From assembly GCA_963703225.1 (NCBI GenBank), contig OY969801.1, forward strand, positions 2,624,001 through 2,688,000: a DNA stretch of 64,000 nt, given 5' to 3'. Each line of letters begins with the position of its first letter. Position 1 is the first letter of the stretch. Below are positions 59,128 to 64,000 of this stretch, piece after piece. Made by a program: the position numbers and the translations under genes. The notes beneath the pieces are model-generated. The model did not search any database, had not been told where the DNA came from, and was given only the letters and a program-made list of their open reading frames with translations. Source of the DNA: Candidatus Eiseniibacteriota bacterium (lineage in GTDB: Bacteria > Eisenbacteria > RBG-16-71-46 > SZUA-252).

Positions 59128-61614
59128 CTAGGAGGCTCTGGAGGGGCCCGAACGACGCGGAAGGGTTCGGGTTTCTGGGGAGTCGAGTATCTCGCGAATT
59201 TTCTGAGAAAGTGTCTCAAGAGTGAACGGCTTTTGCAGGAAGGCGGCCCCCTTATCGAGCACCCCGTGGCGGGAGATGGTGTCGTCCGTGAATCCGGAGA
59301 CGAATAGGACCTGAATCCCGGGGCGCGCGATGGTCAACCGCTCGGCCAGCTCCCGCCCCCCCACCTGGGGCATGATGACGTCCGAGACCAAGAGGTGGAT
59401 CTCTCCATCGAATTGCCTGGCGAGATCGAGCGCCTCGGCTCCGTTTTCCGCCTCGAGCACCCTGTAGCCGTGCATCTCGAGAAGCTCCTTCCCGATCGCG
59501 CGGACACCTGGCTCGTCCTCCACCAGCAAGATCGTCTCGGTGCCACGGCCGGTCTGGATTGCGGCGGGACGCGACCGGTCCACCGTCGCCGCCCCCTCGA
59601 AATAGGGGAAATAGGCCGCGAACGTGGCGCCCCTACCTGGCTCGCTCTCGACCGAGATCGAGCCGCCAGCCTGTCTCAGGATCCCATAGACCGTCGAAAG
59701 CCCGAGACCGGTCCCCTTCCCCCGGCCCTTGGTCGTGAAGAACGGCTCGAAGATCCGGTCCTGGGTCTCCCGGTCCATGCCGCACCCGGTGTCCGCGACG
59801 GTGATGACGCAGTAGGGGCCGGGGCCGGCGGTATCCAGCTCCAGGGCGCGCGATCCGTCCATCGTCACCCGCGAGACCGAGAGGTGGAGCTCCCCTCCGT
59901 CGGGCATCGCGTCGCGCGAGTTGACCACCAAGTTCATGACCACCTGCTCCACCTGGCCCTTGTCGGCGCGCACGTGCACCCCGTCGGTCGCAAGCGAACA
60001 GGTGAGATTCACATCCTCCCCGATCATCCCCCGGAGCATTCCTTCCAGCTCGGAAACGATCGAGTTCAGGTCGAGCACCTTGGGCGCGAGGACCTCATTG
60101 CGGCTGAAGGTGAGGAGCTGTCGCGTGAGCACGGCGCCTCGCGCGCTGGCCGCCTGGATTTCCTGGGCCTTCTGCGCGGAGGGGGAGCCGGGAGGCAGGG
60201 ATTTCACGAGCAACCCCGACTGGGTCATGATCACGGTGAGCAGGTTGTTGAAATCGTGGGCCACGCCGCCAGCGAGAACGCCGATCGCCTCCATCTTCTG
60301 CGCCTGCCGGAGCTGCTCCTCGCTCCTCTTGAGCGCCGCCTCACTCGCCTGCAGGGCGTGCTGGACTCGGCGGCGCTCGGTGATGTCGGTCGCCACGCCG
60401 ATGATCCCCTTGACCGCGCCTTCGGCGTCGTGGAGCGGCGCGTAGCGCGACTGAAAGGTCACGGGGCCGACCTCCACCTCCGCTTCGATCTCCTCGCCCC
60501 CCAACGCGCGTCGAATCTTGTCGAGGAGGTCCGGGTTGTCGGCGTAGAGATCGAATATCGAACTGCCGACCGACTCGCCGGGGCGCTGGCCGAGGGCCTC
60601 GAGCCCTCGCCCCTCCGAGAGCGTGATCACGCCCTCCGCGTCGATCGCGAAGAGGACGATCGGGGCGCTCCCGATCACGGTGCGGAGCCGCTCCTCCGAG
60701 CGGCGAAGCCCCTCCAGGCCCGTGAGGTCCTGGATCATGACCAGAATTTCGTCGGCTCTTCCGTGGGGCCCGAGGATGGGGAGCGCGGTGAGGTAGAGGA
60801 GACCGGGCGAGCCATGGACCTGGGCGCGCAGCTCTTGGTGAACGACGCGCGCGTCAGCCGTCGCCTTGGCCACGGGGCATTCGTCGCACTCCGTCCCCAC
60901 GCGCGTGCAGACATCCTGGCAGCTCCTCCCGATCCAGCTGCCGGGCGACCCCTCAGGCGGGCAGAGATCGCTCATCGCCCGGTTGTTCCAGCGGATCTGT
61001 CCCGATTCGTCGGTGACAAAGACGAGGGTGTCTGTCTGGCTCACGAAGGCCGCGAACTTTTGCCTCTCTCGATCGAGCAATCGAAGATGGCTATCGAGGG
61101 TCTTGAACCATCGCTGGTCGCGATCGCGCTGGGCGCGGAAGCGGGCGATCTCCTCGTGAAGGAAGACCCTTTGAGCCAGGATGTCGGCGATCGCCTCCAC
61201 ACGCCGCGCGCGCTCCTCTGCCTCCGGGTCCGAATCGGGGGGCCACGCGAGGCAGGCGGCGCCGAGCGTGCGGCCGCTGGCCACGAGCGGGAACGCGCGC
61301 GGCCGCAGCTCCTCGTCGTCGAGGGTGACCGGCGTGGGCGTGACGCAGCACCCGCTCCGGACCGCGTCGAGCGCGGCGGTCTTGAACGCGGCTCGGATCC
61401 GCTCTCTGTGCTCGCGCGACTCGAAATGCCATGATTCTCGGAGCGGCTCGTTGCCGTCGGCCAAGAAGATCGCCGCCTGCGCGCAGGAGGCGGTCCGGGC
61501 GAGCAGCGCCGCGCCTTGGGTCATCGCGAGGCCGAGGTCCGCCTCACCGAGGAGTCGGGCGACCGAATCGAGGAAGAATCGCGCCTCCTCGCCCGCTCGC
61601 CCCGTTGGAGTCAT
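59128..61614 (-). CDS. Hybrid sensor histidine kinase (GAF-like, 2x PAS, HisKA, HATPase, REC)
   Basis: [50 protein letters not shown]...SDVIMP. Confidence 0.94.
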   Translation of the reverse strand: MTPTGRAGEEARFFLDSVARLLGEADLGLAMTQGAALLARTASCAQAAIFLADGNEPLRESWHFESREHRERIRAAFKTAALDAVRSGCCVTPTPVTLDDEELRPRAFPLVASGRTLGAACLAWPPDSDPEAEERARRVEAIADILAQRVFLHEEIARFRAQRDRDQRWFKTLDSHLRLLDRERQKFAAFVSQTDTLVFVTDESGQIRWNNRAMSDLCPPEGSPGSWIGRSCQDVCTRVGTECDECPVAKATADARVVHQELRAQVHGSPGLLYLTALPILGPHGRADEILVMIQDLTGLEGLRRSEERLRTVIGSAPIVLFAIDAEGVITLSEGRGLEALGQRPGESVGSSIFDLYADNPDLLDKIRRALGGEEIEAEVEVGPVTFQSRYAPLHDAEGAVKGIIGVATDITERRRVQHALQASEAALKRSEEQLRQAQKMEAIGVLAGGVAHDFNNLLTVIMTQSGLLVKSLPPGSPSAQKAQEIQAASARGAVLTRQLLTFSRNEVLAPKVLDLNSIVSELEGMLRGMIGEDVNLTCSLATDGVHVRADKGQVEQVVMNLVVNSRDAMPDGGELHLSVSRVTMDGSRALELDTAGPGPYCVITVADTGCGMDRETQDRIFEPFFTTKGRGKGTGLGLSTVYGILRQAGGSISVESEPGRGATFAAYFPYFEGAATVDRSRPAAIQTGRGTETILLVEDEPGVRAIGKELLEMHGYRVLEAENGAEALDLARQFDGEIHLLVSDVIMPQVGGRELAERLTIARPGIQVLFVSGFTDDTISRHGVLDKGAAFLQKPFTLETLSQKIREILDSPETRTLPRRSGPSRAS

Positions 61615-61624
61615 CGGCCGGCCC

Positions 61625-62104
61625 CTATCGCTCCAGGCGCGCGCCGCCGCGCGCCTCGTACGCCTTGGCAAGCCAATCGGCGACCCGCTGGACGTTGGCG
61701 ACTGCGTGGTCGTCGAACGCGCCCACTTGGTGGCTGTCGATATCGATCTGAGCGTAGATCCGGTCGCCGGAGCGAATCAGGACGACCAGCTCGGAGCGTG
61801 TCTCGGTGCTGCAGGCGAGGTAGTTGGAGATCTCGCGCACGTCCGGGATGTTCTGGTTGCGTCGTTCGGCGACCGCGGTGCCGCAGACGCCGTTTCCGAC
61901 GCCGATGAAGACGTGGTCCGTGGGCGCGCCGACGAACGGGCCGAGTCGAAGCACGTCGTCGGTGAAGAGCTCGTAGACCCCGGTCCAGTGGAACCGTGGG
62001 TCAATCCCACTCAGCCCCTGAACCGCGGCTTCCAGGAGGCGGTCGAGGTCCGCGCCGCCCGCGAAGAGCTCTTCGAGCTGGGTCATGAGACTTTCGACGG
62101 TCAT
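61625..62104 (-). CDS. msrC: Stand-alone GAF protein, free methionine-R-sulfoxide reductase-like
   Basis: WTGVY, LGPFVG, GVCGTA, NYLACS..TRSELVV, IDIDS. Confidence 0.75.
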   Translation of the reverse strand: MTVESLMTQLEELFAGGADLDRLLEAAVQGLSGIDPRFHWTGVYELFTDDVLRLGPFVGAPTDHVFIGVGNGVCGTAVAERRNQNIPDVREISNYLACSTETRSELVVLIRSGDRIYAQIDIDSHQVGAFDDHAVANVQRVADWLAKAYEARGGARLER

Positions 62105-62112
62105 CCTCTGTA

Positions 62113-62141
62113 AGATCGGTCGCCCCCACTGGCGTCTTTAG
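62113..62141 (-). promoter_or_regulatory. Possible sigma28-type promoter for the GAF-kinase operon
   Basis: Minus strand CTAAAG-N15-ACCGATCT, 8 nt before the ATG. Confidence 0.35.
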
Positions 62142-62232
62142 TCGCCCCCGCGCCAGGCCTCGACTGCCCGCCATGGGAACGTTTGGCAGAAGAAGGCCCC
62201 GTTGCCTGCCGATCATCCGAATGGGGGGAGAT

Positions 62233-62403
62233 TTATTGCGGGCGGTATTCTGGGGTTGGTGCGCTTCTCGAATTCGCGGTCGGCCGGGCCAGGGCGCGCT
62301 TCGCCGTCACCCCCTCGAGCACGTCCCGGAGCGCCGGACCGTGCCAGGACTCGCCCTCCAGCGCGCGGCGGTGTGGGTCGACTAGGTGCTCGACCTCGTT
62401 CAT
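62233..62403 (-). pseudogene. Truncated DinB-family gene (N-terminal 56 aa only)
   Basis: MNEVEHLVDPHRRALEGESWHGPALRDVLEGVTAKRALARP, then unrelated sequence and TAA; TAGCAT 7 nt before the ATG. Confidence 0.7.
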
Positions 62404-62469
62404 ATCGTGTATGCTAAATCTCCGCAGCCGACCAGTCCACGATTCGGCTTCAACCCCAGGGAGGAATCG

Positions 62470-64000
62470 ATGATCCGGGTTGGAATCCTCGCCGCGCTCC
62501 TCTTGCTCCTATCCGCGCTCCCCGCCGCCGCCCAGCATCAGCACGGTGCGCCGTCGGTCGCCGCGACCACGCCCCCCCTCTACGACGGGCTCGGCGTTCT
62601 CCAGCACAAGGTGACGACCCAGAGTGCCCTGGCGCAGAAGTATTTCAACCAGGGGCTTCGGCTGACCTACGCGTTCAACCATGACGAGGCCGGGCGCGCC
62701 TACCATGAGGCGGCGCACCTCGATTCGAGCTGCGCCATGGCCTGGTGGGGCCAAGCGCTGGTGCTGGGGCCCAACATCAACATGCCGATGAGCCCGGAGG
62801 CCGAATCGATCGCGTACAAGCTCGCCCAGACCGCGATGGCGCTCGCGCCCAAGGCGAGCGAGGCGGAGCGCATGTACATCGAGGCGCTTTCGAAACGCTA
62901 CGACGCGGTGCCCGGCGCCAACCGGGCCGCCCACGACTCGGCCTACGCCGACGCGATGCGTGGCGTGATGAAGCACTACCCCGAGGACCTCGACGGGGCG
63001 GTGCTCTGCGCGGAGGCGCTCATGGATCTGCGCCCTTGGGATTTCTGGACGCTGGACGGAAAGCCGCAGCCTGGCGCGATCGAAATCGTCTCCATTCTGG
63101 AAGGGGTGCTCCAGAAGAATCCCGACCACATCGGCGCGCTTCACTATTACATCCACGCCGTGGAAGCGTCGCCCGAGCCGGCACGAGCCGAGGTCTACGC
63201 CGACCGGCTTGCCAAGCTCACGCCCTATGCCGGGCACCTGGTCCACATGCCATCGCACATCTACATGCGGGTCGGCCGATACGAAGACGCGCAGTCCATC
63301 AACGCTCGGGCCGTCGCCGCCGATCGCGATTACATCAAGAAGCAAGATGTCACGGGGATCTACTCGGTCATGTACTACCCGCACAACCTCCAGATGCGCT
63401 GGTATGCCCTCACCGCGCAGGGGCGCCGCGCGGAATCGATCGCCGCGGCCAACGACCTGGACCAGGCAGTTCCGGATGCGGTGGTCCGCCAGTTTCCGAT
63501 GGGAGAGTTCTTCCGCTGTTCCCACTACCTGACCCGGGTGCGCTTCGGGATGTGGGAGGAGATCCTCAAGGAGCCGGCGCCGCCCGCCGGGATGCTGATG
63601 GTCGGCGCCGCTTGGCACTACGCCCGCGGGATGGCGCTCGCCGCCACGTCGAAGACCGCGGCCGCGGGGGCGGAACGAGACAGCGTGGCCGCGGCGGTGG
63701 CGGCGTTTCCCGCCGGAGGCCTACGCCAGCCTGAATCCCGCCTCCTCGATCTTCCGGTTTGCGGCCAGCCACTTGACCGGCGAGATCGCCGCGCGGAGCG
63801 GCAAGACCGACGAGGCGATCCGGCTACTTAGAGATTCGGTGGTGCTGGAGGACTCGCTTCGCTACGACGAGCCCCCGCAGTGGCCGTTGACCGCGCGGCA
63901 GTCTCTGGGCGCGGTGCTCCTGGCCGCGGGGCGGGCGGGCGACGCCGAGGCCGTTTACCGCGACGACCTCGTCCACTGCCCCGACAGCGGCTGGTCGCTC
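62470..64000 (+). CDS. Secreted TPR-repeat protein; one +1 frameshift; runs off the window
   Basis: Signal peptide; AQKYFNQGL..YAFNH, HIGALHYYIH, HLVHMPSHIY; continues ...YDEPPQW after a break near 63715. Confidence 0.85.

Noticed and set aside
46480..63720. Programmed ribosomal frameshifting as the explanation for the broken genes
   Set aside because: There is no shared slippery sequence or stimulatory structure at the eight sites, and these families are not known recoding targets.

Overview
A 64-kb high-GC bacterial chromosome segment made almost entirely of housekeeping and accessory genes. I found no rRNA, tRNA, CRISPR array, prophage or IS. A secreted PKD protein with a PNPFNP-type FlgD/T9SS-like C-terminal domain suggests an FCB-associated lineage such as Ca. 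Eisenbacteria (inference only). Content: a leucine-catabolism cluster (liuB, liuC, split liuD, liuE); many envelope and proteostasis genes (M50, 2x S9, an M16 pair, 2x SPFH, AIM24); ettA divergent from a CDGSH-baeRF3 pair; an ECF sigma/anti-sigma locus with two DUF4097 genes; marR-dinB-maeA-cydAB; typA; a cytokinin-dehydrogenase-like oxidase with SCP2; and two sensor kinases. Most notable: (1) about ten genes with a TAnnnT -10 box 6-9 nt before the start codon and no SD, consistent with pervasive leaderless transcription; (2) a histidine-kinase-like protein lacking its phospho-acceptor His; (3) a circularly permuted TrxR-like flavoprotein fused to a membrane polyferredoxin; (4) a perfect 16-bp palindromic two-way -10 element between ettA and CDGSH/baeRF3; (5) candidate ECF, sigma28-like, MarR, RHH and wHTH DNA motifs read directly from the sequence; (6) three eroded gene remnants missing from the ORF track; (7) eight +1 frameshifts confined to the last 18 kb, most likely assembly errors. 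Family calls are from motif recognition only; no database search was run.
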